From: an uncultured Candidatus Saccharibacteria bacterium
Lineage (GTDB): Bacteria > Patescibacteriota > Minisyncoccia > Sungbacterales > HO2-52-23
NCBI GenBank assembly: GCA_964361015.1
Contig: CAYHZE010000001.1
Coordinates: 1-51,845 of the forward strand
Reading direction: 5' to 3'
Length of the DNA: 51,845 nucleotides
In this document: in pieces, positions 27,153 through 36,143 of the stretch
Numbering within the stretch: the stretch's first letter is position 1
How the letters are laid out: each line of letters opens with the position of its first letter
The notes under the pieces: model-generated
The model's database searches: none
What the model was told of the DNA's origin: nothing
Seen by the model: the letters and a program-made list of their open reading frames with translations, nothing else
Made by a program: the position numbers and the translations under genes

Positions 27153-28388
27153 TTATGCTCGCCGCGGATATAGCCATCGGGCTACATATGCCGCGGGAGC
27201 TAAAGCAATTCCGGTAACTGTTTTTGCGGCCTTGCAGGCGCCGATAAGGGGCCACGCAAGAGCGTAGACAAGCGCCAGAGTAAGGAAGATTCCGAGGAAT
27301 GGCCCGAATAATTGGGCAATCCATTCCGGGAACATTCCTGACAAAAGCCATGTCCCGAATCCGCTTGCCGTATGGAGCGCTTGCCATGGATGCAGTATGG
27401 CATACATGCCGCCTCCAATAACGGCTGTAATCCGAATTAATTTTGTCACTTTTGCCGCTTTTGCGATTTTGCTCGCTTTGGCGGTAGTAGTAGGCGCAAC
27501 TACTGTTGCCGCTTTTGCCATTTTTCCGATTTTGGCAACTTTGTAGACCGGCGCGGCAAAGAAGGCAACATCCAGAAGCGCCCAACCAACATCGCTAGAA
27601 TTTACTTTTTCCCAGCGATATTTTTTTTCAAAATTTGTGAGGCCGTCAGTGAGAAACGATGCGGTAATATCAAGCCCGTGCTTGACATATTGGATCTCCA
27701 CTGTTTCCATTTCACCCTTGTCATTACGGACAAAGCGGAACTGATCCACAAATCTTCCTTGTCCTTTCTCTATGAGATAGAGCATGAGGATGACAGTTTC
27801 TTCGGGAGTATATCTCTTTTTTGCATGTTCGAGAGTGGCTTGCGTAACTCCCGAACTTTGCATGGCCGCTCGAGCAGCGTCGGAAAGAGTTCCTCCATTC
27901 TTGACTACTTCTTTCCCCGCATCCCAACGTTTTTTTATAGCTCGTATAGGGGCTCCGGCGACATCAAGCGCTTTACTTTCCGTGATAAAGAGTTTGAAGT
28001 CCTCCGGATGGGAAAGAACATCGCCAAGAATCGGGATCAACCTATTTGGCCCAAGGTCATCAAAAAGTTTTTTGAACTCATCTGATTCCTTGAGCATCAA
28101 TAGAATTCGTAATCCCCATTCCTTATATGTTTGCGCCACCCAACATCCTTGCGGACCAAATTCTTCCGTTGCCCATTCAAGAGCAGGGGTTTGTCTGCAA
28201 GGGTCGCCATGAAAGACCCCAGCGATCCTTCTTCCTTTTTCAAGAATAAAGGCGGTCCCATTTGCATTTCGAGTTTCAAGTTCATTGAAACTCAACGCCG
28301 GACCATATAATTTGACCAAACCCGCGAGCGTGATGCTCGCAATAATGAGAATAAAAGCGATCCTGTGGAAATGGCTCTTCCATTGCAT
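27153..28388 (-). CDS. Hypothetical membrane protein
   Basis: N-terminal TM anchor, soluble region of about 250 aa, Lys/Ala-rich linker, then 3-4 C-terminal TM segments; has its own consensus promoter and terminator. Confidence 0.55.
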   Translation of the reverse strand: MQWKSHFHRIAFILIIASITLAGLVKLYGPALSFNELETRNANGTAFILEKGRRIAGVFHGDPCRQTPALEWATEEFGPQGCWVAQTYKEWGLRILLMLKESDEFKKLFDDLGPNRLIPILGDVLSHPEDFKLFITESKALDVAGAPIRAIKKRWDAGKEVVKNGGTLSDAARAAMQSSGVTQATLEHAKKRYTPEETVILMLYLIEKGQGRFVDQFRFVRNDKGEMETVEIQYVKHGLDITASFLTDGLTNFEKKYRWEKVNSSDVGWALLDVAFFAAPVYKVAKIGKMAKAATVVAPTTTAKASKIAKAAKVTKLIRITAVIGGGMYAILHPWQALHTASGFGTWLLSGMFPEWIAQLFGPFLGIFLTLALVYALAWPLIGACKAAKTVTGIALAPAAYVARWLYPRRA

Positions 28389-28446
28389 AGCGTCTCCTGT
28401 TGTAAAAGAATCCCTCTCTACTCATTTTTTTCAGAAACATGTATAT

Positions 28447-28475
28447 ATTATACTCTATAAAATATGATATGTCAA
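28447..28475 (-). promoter_or_regulatory. Consensus sigma70-type promoter for the membrane-protein gene
   Basis: The minus strand reads TTGACA - 17 nt - TATAAT. The -35 box lies within the palindrome tgtcaat-ct-attgaca (28470..28485). Confidence 0.5.
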
Positions 28476-28559
28476 TCTATTGACAAAATATATAATATGG
28501 GCAACCAATGGATTTGGTTCCATTCTATCTATTTATAGAACCCACATAAGGGGAAAGAC

Positions 28560-29672
28560 ATGGAGAGCGCAGTCAAGGTTGGCGTCGTAGGCTATGGCAT
28601 GATGGGCCGCATACACGCTCGTGCATGGTGGTCGGGTATGTCGGGGGCAAAGATTGTTGCAATCGCAGAACCGGTCCAAGAACGGCAGGATGAGGTTAGG
28701 CGAATGTATACAGGTCCTGTTTTTCCCAACATTGTGGATATGCTTGGATCTGGTCTAAGGCCCGATATCATTATTGTTGCGACTCATGTATCGCGTCATT
28801 TGAGTGATACATTGATGGCGCTTCAATCCGGGTGCCATGTTGTTTGCGAAAAGCCAATGGCGCTTACACTGGGTGAATGCGATATAATGGTTGCAGAAGC
28901 AAAGCGGCGCAATCTGAAACTCGCAGTCAATCATCAAAGCATTTTTTCTCGCGCAGTTACGGTTGCCGAGCAAAAAATTACGGCAGGCGATATTGGCGAA
29001 CTGTATGCCATCAAGGCGTATGGCAAAGGCAGAATTGCCTGTAGTGATTTGATGGAAATTGCGGGGCATCTCTTGCATCTCATGCGGTATTTTGCCAAAG
29101 GTGACGCGACGGAAATCTTTGGGGATGTCACCTATAAAGGCAAGCCCGTCACCATTGATGACGTGGTTCGTATTCAAGATTTATATTCCGAAGGCAGGGA
29201 CTCTGGATATGGCGCAGGTGATCGCATGTTTGCGTATTACAAATTCTCAAGTGGCGTGCGCGGTGAGCTGAATCTGGCGGCACTGAAAGGCGCGCCTGAT
29301 ACATTTACCGAGAAATTGGGGAACAGCAGAAATTACGGTTATTTCATTGAATTATGCGGAACTGCGGGGCGCATGCAACTCTATCTTCCTCGGGTACTTT
29401 TTTTCAATTCGTCTCCCTATGACGATTTGGCAAAAAACGCAACGCCTTGGGTTGAAGTTGATTCAAGGTTGAGAGAGGAGACGGATCCAATACTCATCAG
29501 GCGTCTCAATGAGCAGTTTCTTACTGCCATCAAGGAGGATAATGACCCCGTGGTGTCGGGAAATATTGGACGCATGGTGATGGAGATGACACTTGGAGTA
29601 TATGCCTCTCATTTGAGCAGGCGACCAGTAGCCCTTCCATTGGTAGATCGCGGGCATCCATTTAGCCGTTAG
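28560..29672 (+). CDS. Gfo/Idh/MocA-family NAD(P) oxidoreductase
   Basis: VKVGVVGYGMMGRIHARAW; CEKPMALT. Confidence 0.8.
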   Translation: MESAVKVGVVGYGMMGRIHARAWWSGMSGAKIVAIAEPVQERQDEVRRMYTGPVFPNIVDMLGSGLRPDIIIVATHVSRHLSDTLMALQSGCHVVCEKPMALTLGECDIMVAEAKRRNLKLAVNHQSIFSRAVTVAEQKITAGDIGELYAIKAYGKGRIACSDLMEIAGHLLHLMRYFAKGDATEIFGDVTYKGKPVTIDDVVRIQDLYSEGRDSGYGAGDRMFAYYKFSSGVRGELNLAALKGAPDTFTEKLGNSRNYGYFIELCGTAGRMQLYLPRVLFFNSSPYDDLAKNATPWVEVDSRLREETDPILIRRLNEQFLTAIKEDNDPVVSGNIGRMVMEMTLGVYASHLSRRPVALPLVDRGHPFSR

Positions 29673-29690
29673 ACAAATTGGTACGAGTAG

Positions 29691-29721
29691 ACCGGTAACT
29701 ATACGTTGCCGGTATTTTTTT
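29691..29721 (+). terminator. Intrinsic terminator
   Basis: accggtaac-tatac-gttgccggt (one G-U pair) followed by attttttt. Confidence 0.7.
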
Positions 29722-29749
29722 GACAGTGTCCGTTTACATAAGATATAGT
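29720..29749 (+). promoter_or_regulatory. Candidate promoter (would give a near-leaderless mRNA) for the methyltransferase at 29757
   Basis: TTGACA - 18 nt - TATAGT, ending 7 nt before the ATG. Confidence 0.3.
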
Positions 29750-29756
29750 TTACCAT

Positions 29757-30542
29757 ATGCGCAATAAAGACCTCACCTCGTTTTATAATCGCGTCTACAA
29801 AAAAGGAGAACGCGGCCATTATACCTCTATGCTGCTTTCCGGAGATAACATACCGCCGGCAAAAGCTGAAGTTCTCAAAGAGATTTTATGGAAGGGGAAA
29901 ATAGTTTTGGATGCCGGGTGCGGAACCGGGGAGTTGGCATATTTGATTGCAAAAAAAGGAGCCCAACGCGTGATTGGGGTGGATTACTCGCAAGAGGCGA
30001 TCGCGGCGGCAAAAAAAACATACCAGTTGCCGAATGTGGAGTTTATCTGCGATGATATTGCCGGTATCAAAGGCAAGTTTGATGTTATCGCTACGCTTGG
30101 CACCATTGAGCACACCGATGACCCTTTAAGCGCTTTGAAGCATTTGAAGAGTATGCTTACACAGAAAGGGTCTCTGATTGTGACATGTCCGAATTGGGTC
30201 AATCCATGGGGATACATGCTCCTTACACTCAAACATCTTTTTGATGCCAAAATTACGTTAGCGGATATTCATTTTTTAACGCCGCTTGAATTTCAGGCGT
30301 GGGCGAAAAAATTGGGCATGAAATTACAATGGAAAACAGTTGAGCATGAATGGGCGCATGGGGAAAAATGTATCAGTGATTTTGAGCGGCGTCTGCCCAA
30401 TGTGGCGCGCGACTCAAGCCTTCCGACTGATATCAAGAAAATTCTTAAGCACATCAATTGGCTTGAAACTCACATGGTAACCATTGAACAAAACACGAAG
30501 TACGGAGGAGCGGTGGGACTTTATCATTTTAAGCGGGTGTGA
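29757..30542 (+). CDS. Class I SAM-dependent methyltransferase
   Basis: VLDAGCGTGELAYLIA motif I. Confidence 0.8.
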   Translation: MRNKDLTSFYNRVYKKGERGHYTSMLLSGDNIPPAKAEVLKEILWKGKIVLDAGCGTGELAYLIAKKGAQRVIGVDYSQEAIAAAKKTYQLPNVEFICDDIAGIKGKFDVIATLGTIEHTDDPLSALKHLKSMLTQKGSLIVTCPNWVNPWGYMLLTLKHLFDAKITLADIHFLTPLEFQAWAKKLGMKLQWKTVEHEWAHGEKCISDFERRLPNVARDSSLPTDIKKILKHINWLETHMVTIEQNTKYGGAVGLYHFKRV

Positions 30543-30593
30543 TATATTTTTTTGCGACCCTTGAAAGAGAAAAAGATACGTGTATGTTAAGGT

Positions 30594-30618
30594 AAAAGGC
30601 TCTTTGGAGCCTTTTTTC
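30594..30618 (+). terminator. Intrinsic terminator
   Basis: aaaggctc-tttg-gagccttt followed by a T-run. Confidence 0.7.
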
Positions 30619-30656
30619 TTTGAAACATTAGATACTGTTTTTATGTTATAATACGC

Positions 30657-31325
30657 ATGAAAACAGTGATTTTGGCGGGTGGATTTGGCACACGACTTGC
30701 GCATATTTCCGGTGGTAAGCCAAAGCCTCTTATGGAAGTTGCGGGCAAGCCGATTCTTGAGCGGCAAGTTAATTTTCTTTTATCTCACGGCATGGACGAT
30801 ATCCGTTTGAGTCTGCATCATAAAGCGGATCATATTATCGCGTTTTGCGAATCAAAGTGGCCGAAACAATTTGAATATGTCGTGGAGCCAACTGCCTTGG
30901 GAACCGGCGGCGGCATACGTTTTGCAAGCAAAGATTTACACGATCCTTTTTTAGTGGTCAACGGGGATATTTTAAGCGATATTAATGTGACTGAATTTGT
31001 GTCTGCAATACCCAATGCGATTGTAGGCGCATATCAAAAAGATGCCAGGGCCTACGGACTACTTGATATAAGAAACGGAAAAATTGCCGCGTTTCGGGAA
31101 AAGCCAATAGAGGAATGCAGTGGATATATTAATGCAGGTTTTTATTTTTTGTATCCGGATGCGTTTTCGCATATACGCACGGCTTCGTTTATGATAGAAA
31201 AAGAAATTTTTCCGCAGCTTGCCGAATCAGGAAAACTTAATGTATTTACGCATGACGGTTATTGGATTGATTGTGGCACGGAAGAACGGCTTAAACAGGC
31301 GCATGAGGATCATAAAGAAAAATAA
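30657..31325 (+). CDS. Sugar-1-phosphate nucleotidyltransferase (HddC/ManC/RmlA-like)
   Basis: MKTVILAGGFGTRLAHISGGKPKPLMEVAGKPILERQV. Confidence 0.85.
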   Translation: MKTVILAGGFGTRLAHISGGKPKPLMEVAGKPILERQVNFLLSHGMDDIRLSLHHKADHIIAFCESKWPKQFEYVVEPTALGTGGGIRFASKDLHDPFLVVNGDILSDINVTEFVSAIPNAIVGAYQKDARAYGLLDIRNGKIAAFREKPIEECSGYINAGFYFLYPDAFSHIRTASFMIEKEIFPQLAESGKLNVFTHDGYWIDCGTEERLKQAHEDHKEK

Positions 31326-31332
31326 GTATTAT

Positions 31333-31606
31333 TTTTTGCATTTAATTCCTCCCCTAGCATAGGGGAGGCGAGGTGTGGGTATAAAGTGATGGATAAAACT
31401 TGCGGTCTGTGGTTCCTGCCCTCACCCATACCACCCCTAACCCCTCCTGCATCAGGAGGGGAAAGATGAACTATCCTGTTCCTCCCCTAGCATAGGGGAG
31501 GTTAGGAGGGGTATAGGTGAGGATTGGAACATGGAGTTTGTGCCCTCACCCATACCACCCCTAATCACTCCTTTATCAGGAGGGGAATAAGAGATGCAGA
31601 CGTAAA
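31333..31606 (+). repeat. Family A palindromic elements, tandem dimer (A4a + A4b)
   Basis: Two complete hairpin1 / long-stem / hairpin2 units head to tail, with unit 2 starting near 31478; the outer termini are degenerate. Confidence 0.85.
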
Positions 31607-31616
31607 GATTCTCAAT

Positions 31617-32345
31617 ATGATTAAACCCCGCCATGTTCTCGAAAAAGAATTTTTTACCCATGTGCCAAAAGCGCGGAAAATAAATCCGATTTATCGAGGA
31701 TTTTTTGATATAAATTATAAAGCGCATGAGGCGGCGCGCCCGGGGAAAAAACTTTTGAATATCTACGCCTCATGGGATTTGTCGGGCGAGCGCGAAGATT
31801 TTTATCGTGAAAAATTCTATAACGAATGCGATTATACGGCGATTGATTACAAAGATGACGGTTTTATTGATCTAAAAAATCTCCACAAGCCGCGTCATCA
31901 ACTGCCATTTCAGGATGCGTCATTTGATATTATTGTGACCACCAAGTATATTATGGAACATATCTCCGAACCTGAAGCAGTGGTGAGAGAATTTCGGCGC
32001 GTGTTAAAATCCGGAGGGCAAGTGTTTGCCATCGTCCCGCACATCAGGCGCCAACATCAGCCGCCGTGGGATTTTTACCGTTATACCGAGTATGCGTTGC
32101 GTTATTTATTTACCAAAGCGGGATTCGGCGAGATAGAACTTATCCCGACAAACGGATTTATGGGAGTGGTGGGATATTACGCTTATTTTTTTCAACGGGG
32201 ACTTGGCGCGCCCAAATGGATTGAGCGATGTTTTGACTTCCTGCATTATTGGATGATTGAACCGATTTGTTATGCGTTAGATAGATTAGATAACGGATAT
32301 GGCCGCGACATGACGCTTTATTTTTTAATTAGGGCAAAGGTATAA
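31617..32345 (+). CDS. SAM-dependent methyltransferase (Methyltransf_11-like)
   Basis: FDIIVTTKYIMEHISEPEAVVREFRRVLKSGGQVF. The ORF-track start at 31524 lies inside repeat A4; in-frame ATG 31617 is preferred. Confidence 0.7.
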   Translation: MIKPRHVLEKEFFTHVPKARKINPIYRGFFDINYKAHEAARPGKKLLNIYASWDLSGEREDFYREKFYNECDYTAIDYKDDGFIDLKNLHKPRHQLPFQDASFDIIVTTKYIMEHISEPEAVVREFRRVLKSGGQVFAIVPHIRRQHQPPWDFYRYTEYALRYLFTKAGFGEIELIPTNGFMGVVGYYAYFFQRGLGAPKWIERCFDFLHYWMIEPICYALDRLDNGYGRDMTLYFLIRAKV

Positions 32346-32349
32346 ATTC

Positions 32350-34068
32350 ATGCCTCACAAACTCTCCAATCTTTTTATAGGTCCCAATGACAAAATTAAA
32401 ACCGTGCTTGAACGGATTTCTTCGCTTAAATCAACAAGTCCGCATCTTCCGCCCGGCGTTGTTTTGGTAGTGGGCGCGGACCACAAACTTTTAGGGATCG
32501 TCACCAATGGTGATATCCGGCGCGCGTTTGCCGCGGGAATAACGGTGGATCAACCGATTTCCAAAGCAATGAATAAAAATCCTTCTGTCATTGAACAGAT
32601 AGATCAGGGTGGCGATCTTCTCCCGTTGATTTTTAATAAAATGAAAGAGGGCAAGTGGCCCAAGGATCGCATGGAAAGGATTCTTGTAGTGGATAATAAG
32701 CGCCGCGTGGTGGACATGGTTTCGTTCTATGACTTGGTCCGGCATAGCGATGCGCGCTTCAAACATATTGCAGTCGTAGGTCTCGGATATGTCGGGCTTA
32801 CGCTCGGACTCACACTCGCGGATCTCGGATTTAAGGTAAAAGCATTTGATGTCAATAAGGCGGTCATGGATTCCGTCAAGCGCGCAAAACCGCATTTTTA
32901 TGAGCAAGGTTTGGATCGTTTGCTCAACGACCATCTTAATAAAAATTTTTTGCTTGTAAATAATTTTGAGGGCGAGAATAATGCCGATGTTTATTTTGTT
33001 GCCGTAGGCACACCGCTTGATGCCAACTCCAAGCCAAGCCTTCATTATCTTGAAAAAGCGGTTGCTCATATTGGCGGCGTTCTCAAGCACGGCGATACGG
33101 TAGTTTTGCGTTCCACCGTACCGCTTGGCACCACGCGTAATTGCGTGATTCCGATCTTAGAAAAAGAATCCGGCATGAGGGCCGGGGATGATTTTTTGGT
33201 TGCATTCGCCCCGGAGCGCACAATTGAAGGAAAAGCGCTTGAAGAACTGCGCAAGTTGCCGCAAGTGATTGGAGGCATCAGCCATGCAAGCTGTGATTTA
33301 GTGGCAAGCATTTTTAATTTTATGTCAAACTCTACTATTCTAGTGGATTCTCTTGAAGCGGCAGAAATGGTAAAGCTTGTGAATAATACTTATCGCGACG
33401 TGACATTTGCATTTGCCAATGAAGTTGCGTTGATATCGCGACAGTGGGGAATTGACACCAAGCAGGTGATTGAGGCGGCAAACTATGGCTATGAGCGCGG
33501 CCGCGTGCCGATGCCAAGCCCCGGCGTGGGCGGTTACTGTCTTGAGAAAGACCCGTTTATTTTTATTGAGAGCGCCAAGCTTAAAGGATATGAGCCTTTG
33601 CTTGCCCGTGACGCAAGGCAGGTGAGTAACGCGATGGTTGATTTTGTCGCAGATGATATTATTTCTTTTTTGAAACAAGAGAAAGCGAGCGTAAAAAATC
33701 CGAAAATCGCTCTGTTGGGTTTTGCGTTCAAAGGCAAGCCGGTGACATCTGATGTACGTGGTTCTACTACGGTGATACTGACGAAGAAATTACAGCAGTC
33801 AGGGTATACAAATATCCACGGATATGACGCGGCGGCGCGGCGCGAAGATATTGTGATACACAAGGTGAAGCATACGCCAAAAGTGGAGCAAGGATTTAAG
33901 GATGCCGATGCGGTGGTAGTAATGAATAATCATTTGGATTTTGAAACGCTTGACATTCGCGGACTTCTCGCAAAAGCGAAAAATCCCGTACTTTTTTTTG
34001 ATACATGGTCGCTCTACGATGCCGATGAAGTCAAGAAGGTAAAGGGAGTGCAATATCGGAGGATATAA
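32350..34068 (+). CDS. CBS-pair domain fused to a UDP-glucose/GDP-mannose dehydrogenase-family NDP-sugar dehydrogenase
   Basis: N-terminal LLGIVTNGDIRRAF and RVVDMVSFYDL CBS-like repeats; then IAVVGLGYVGLTLG Rossmann motif and the GGYCLEKD catalytic-Cys motif. Confidence 0.85.
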   Translation: MPHKLSNLFIGPNDKIKTVLERISSLKSTSPHLPPGVVLVVGADHKLLGIVTNGDIRRAFAAGITVDQPISKAMNKNPSVIEQIDQGGDLLPLIFNKMKEGKWPKDRMERILVVDNKRRVVDMVSFYDLVRHSDARFKHIAVVGLGYVGLTLGLTLADLGFKVKAFDVNKAVMDSVKRAKPHFYEQGLDRLLNDHLNKNFLLVNNFEGENNADVYFVAVGTPLDANSKPSLHYLEKAVAHIGGVLKHGDTVVLRSTVPLGTTRNCVIPILEKESGMRAGDDFLVAFAPERTIEGKALEELRKLPQVIGGISHASCDLVASIFNFMSNSTILVDSLEAAEMVKLVNNTYRDVTFAFANEVALISRQWGIDTKQVIEAANYGYERGRVPMPSPGVGGYCLEKDPFIFIESAKLKGYEPLLARDARQVSNAMVDFVADDIISFLKQEKASVKNPKIALLGFAFKGKPVTSDVRGSTTVILTKKLQQSGYTNIHGYDAAARREDIVIHKVKHTPKVEQGFKDADAVVVMNNHLDFETLDIRGLLAKAKNPVLFFDTWSLYDADEVKKVKGVQYRRI

Positions 34069-34166
34069 AACCATGTATAATTGAGCTTGCATGCCGATAT
34101 GCAGGCGCAGCAAAATAGCATATACAAATTTTTATGGACAACAAATTATATACGATCGTATAAAAA

Positions 34167-34928
34167 ATGTTGTCCAAGAGAGTTATGTACAAACATTCAA
34201 TTATTCTTGCTTTAATTCCCGCCCGTGGTGGCTCAAAAGGAATTCCGAAAAAAAATATAACATTATTGGGCGGCAAACCATTGATTGTGTGGAGCATTGA
34301 GGCGGCAAAAAAATCGCGGTTTATTGATCGCATAATTGTCTCGACTGACAGCGAAGAAATTGCCGAAGTTGCGCGAGCGGTAGGAACAGAAGTGCCATTT
34401 TTGCGTCCCGCGGAAATTGCCCAAGACCTGACGCCAGATACCCCTGTATTTGAACATGCGCTTGCGTGGCTTAAAGAGCATGATGGTTTTGTTCCCGAAT
34501 TAATCGTACACTTGCGTCCGACCGGACCGCTTCGTACAGTGGAGGAAATTGATGAAGCAATAGAAATGCTTGCCGCCGATCCAAATGCGGACAGCGTGCG
34601 CTCCGTGGAAGAACCGCCCAAGCCCCCGTTTAAGATGTGGCAACCGGCGGGAAATTATATAAAACCATTTGCCGAGCTCCATGGTATGAAAGACTTTCAT
34701 ACCATGCCGCGTCAAATGTTGCCGAAAGTTTATCAGACTACGGCGGATATCGGTATTATGCGTTACCGCACGGTCATGGAAAAAAAGTCAGTGATTGGTG
34801 ACTGTGTAATTCCGTATTTTTTGAAACGTTCGACTATTGATATAGATCATTTGATTGATTTTGAGATTGGAGAATTGTTGTTGAAAAACTTGATATCAGA
34901 AAAAAATAAGAGTAGTATTATAACATGA
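34167..34928 (+). CDS. neuA: CMP-nonulosonate (N-acylneuraminate) cytidylyltransferase
   Basis: LALIPARGGSKGIPKKNI..LGGKPLIVWSIEAA is canonical for the CMP-NeuAc/Pse/Leg synthetase family. Confidence 0.8.
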   Translation: MLSKRVMYKHSIILALIPARGGSKGIPKKNITLLGGKPLIVWSIEAAKKSRFIDRIIVSTDSEEIAEVARAVGTEVPFLRPAEIAQDLTPDTPVFEHALAWLKEHDGFVPELIVHLRPTGPLRTVEEIDEAIEMLAADPNADSVRSVEEPPKPPFKMWQPAGNYIKPFAELHGMKDFHTMPRQMLPKVYQTTADIGIMRYRTVMEKKSVIGDCVIPYFLKRSTIDIDHLIDFEIGELLLKNLISEKNKSSIIT

Positions 34929-35146
34929 TACATAGAGAATTTACTGCAATTTATCAACAACGCGGCAAATGGATCATCGCATGGATTGAGGAAATCCCCG
35001 GAGTGAATACTCAAGGGAGAACTCTTAAAGAAGTAAAAGAAAATCTAAGAGAAGCGTTGCGATTGATTGTGGAAACAAATCGAAAATTTTCTCAAAAAGA
35101 CGGAAATGTACGCCGTGAGCCATTTGAGGTGATGTTGCCTGCCTAA
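34925..35146 (+). CDS. hicB: HicB-family antitoxin (UPF0150-like)
   Basis: 73 aa; WIIAWIEEIPGVNTQGRTLKEVKENLREALRLIVE matches the HicB N-domain pattern; its ATG overlaps the neuA stop (ATGA). Confidence 0.7.
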   Translation: MIHREFTAIYQQRGKWIIAWIEEIPGVNTQGRTLKEVKENLREALRLIVETNRKFSQKDGNVRREPFEVMLPA

Positions 35147-35150
35147 GTTT

Positions 35151-35348
35151 ATGAAACGGGCAGTATTATTGAGATATTTGCATGAACAAGGATGTCTCCT
35201 GATCCGTGAAGGAAGGAGGCATTCTGTGTTTATACATCAGAAAACCGAACGTACTTCTACAATCCCTCGCCACAATGAAATCAATGATTTTCTTGCAGAA
35301 AAAATTTGTAAAGACCTCGGAATTATATCTCTACGAAAGAAGAAATAG
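35151..35348 (+). CDS. hicA: HicA-family mRNA interferase toxin
   Basis: 65 aa; LLRYLHEQGCLLIREGRRHSVF...STIPRHNEINDFLAEKICKDLGI. Confidence 0.8.
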   Translation: MKRAVLLRYLHEQGCLLIREGRRHSVFIHQKTERTSTIPRHNEINDFLAEKICKDLGIISLRKKK

Positions 35349-35358
35349 CAAAAAATAA

Positions 35359-35384
35359 AAGCCCTTCTCTTGTGGGAAGGGCTT
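35359..35384. terminator. Hairpin between hicA and the convergent GC-rich gene
   Basis: aagcccttc-tcttgtgg-gaagggctt preceded by an A-run. Confidence 0.55.
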
Positions 35385-35402
35385 AGGATAAGCCGTGAAG
35401 CA

Positions 35403-36074
35403 TTACCATGGGAAATTGCGTTTTGCCTCGCGGGAGAGGTATCTCCGTTCTTGGTAAGCAAGGCGCAAACGTGCAAGGCGGGGGTCAGCTTCTGAAGTAC
35501 AGGGCAGACCTGTCCTCACGAGGTTCGCGTAATTTAAAAGTGGAGTAAGGGTAAGGGGTTCCACGGACAATGTGCCGCTCCCGCATCCGATGGCCTGTTC
35601 CATGCTGATGCGGGTTATGCACGCCGTAGCCATGCGGTTGATGATGTACATGAGCGTCTCGTCGAGTTCTCCTATACACCTAAGCAAATAATCAGGGGTG
35701 GTGGGGAACAGATTGCTTGTGCGTACCATACATCGAAATGGAAGGTCAGTGAGTTGTCGTTCAAGGATGAGATCTTCATCCAAGGCTCCTGTAAAGAAAG
35801 CAAGCAGACCGGGGTCAACGACTGGCTCTGGCATGGAGTCGTCGAGGACAAGCGTCGTGTCTGCCCGCACGACTTCTACGACCGACAGAACGGTAATGTC
35901 TGGTCGTTCGGATCGGCTACGGATGAGCACCATGGGACCTTCCAACCGCCCCGTCCGGGAGTCAGGTTTTGTACTCCATACCGTTGCCGGCATAGGACCA
36001 AGAAGGGTATTTAACTTCTGAATTTCCCAACACTTTTTTGTGCGTTCTGCCATGCGTTCTTCAAGAGTACTCAT
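35403..36074 (-). CDS. Hypothetical protein in a GC-rich patch
   Basis: ATG at 36074 is preceded by AAGGAG at 5 nt spacing on the minus strand (the ORF track starts at 36101); no motif recognised; composition is visibly more GC-rich than the flanks. Confidence 0.5.
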   Translation of the reverse strand: MSTLEERMAERTKKCWEIQKLNTLLGPMPATVWSTKPDSRTGRLEGPMVLIRSRSERPDITVLSVVEVVRADTTLVLDDSMPEPVVDPGLLAFFTGALDEDLILERQLTDLPFRCMVRTSNLFPTTPDYLLRCIGELDETLMYIINRMATACITRISMEQAIGCGSGTLSVEPLTLTPLLNYANLVRTGLPCTSEADPRLARLRLAYQERRYLSREAKRNFPW

Positions 36075-36143
36075 ATAGGCTCCTTCAACCCAATTCCCCA
36101 TCTGAAGTAGGACATTTGGTAATTATAGATTATTATCTATATA

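Noticed and set aside
27043-27585. 180-aa minus-strand ORF overlapping the 3' end of the membrane-protein gene
   Set aside because: It is in an alternative frame of 27153..28388, is Cys/Arg/Ser-rich and extends across the terminator hairpin. It is judged spurious.
30644-30652. Extended -10 (TGtTATAAT) as the promoter of the nucleotidyltransferase gene
   Set aside because: It ends only 4 nt before the ATG at 30657, whose N-terminus (MKTVILAGGFGTRL) is clearly the true start. A transcription start would fall inside the codon, so it is more likely a chance AT-rich match.
31333-31606. Tandem repeats that might be a CRISPR array
   Set aside because: There are only two units of about 130 bp each. 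Each unit is a complex nested palindrome identical in type to dispersed family A copies. There are no short regular repeats, no unique spacers and no cas genes.
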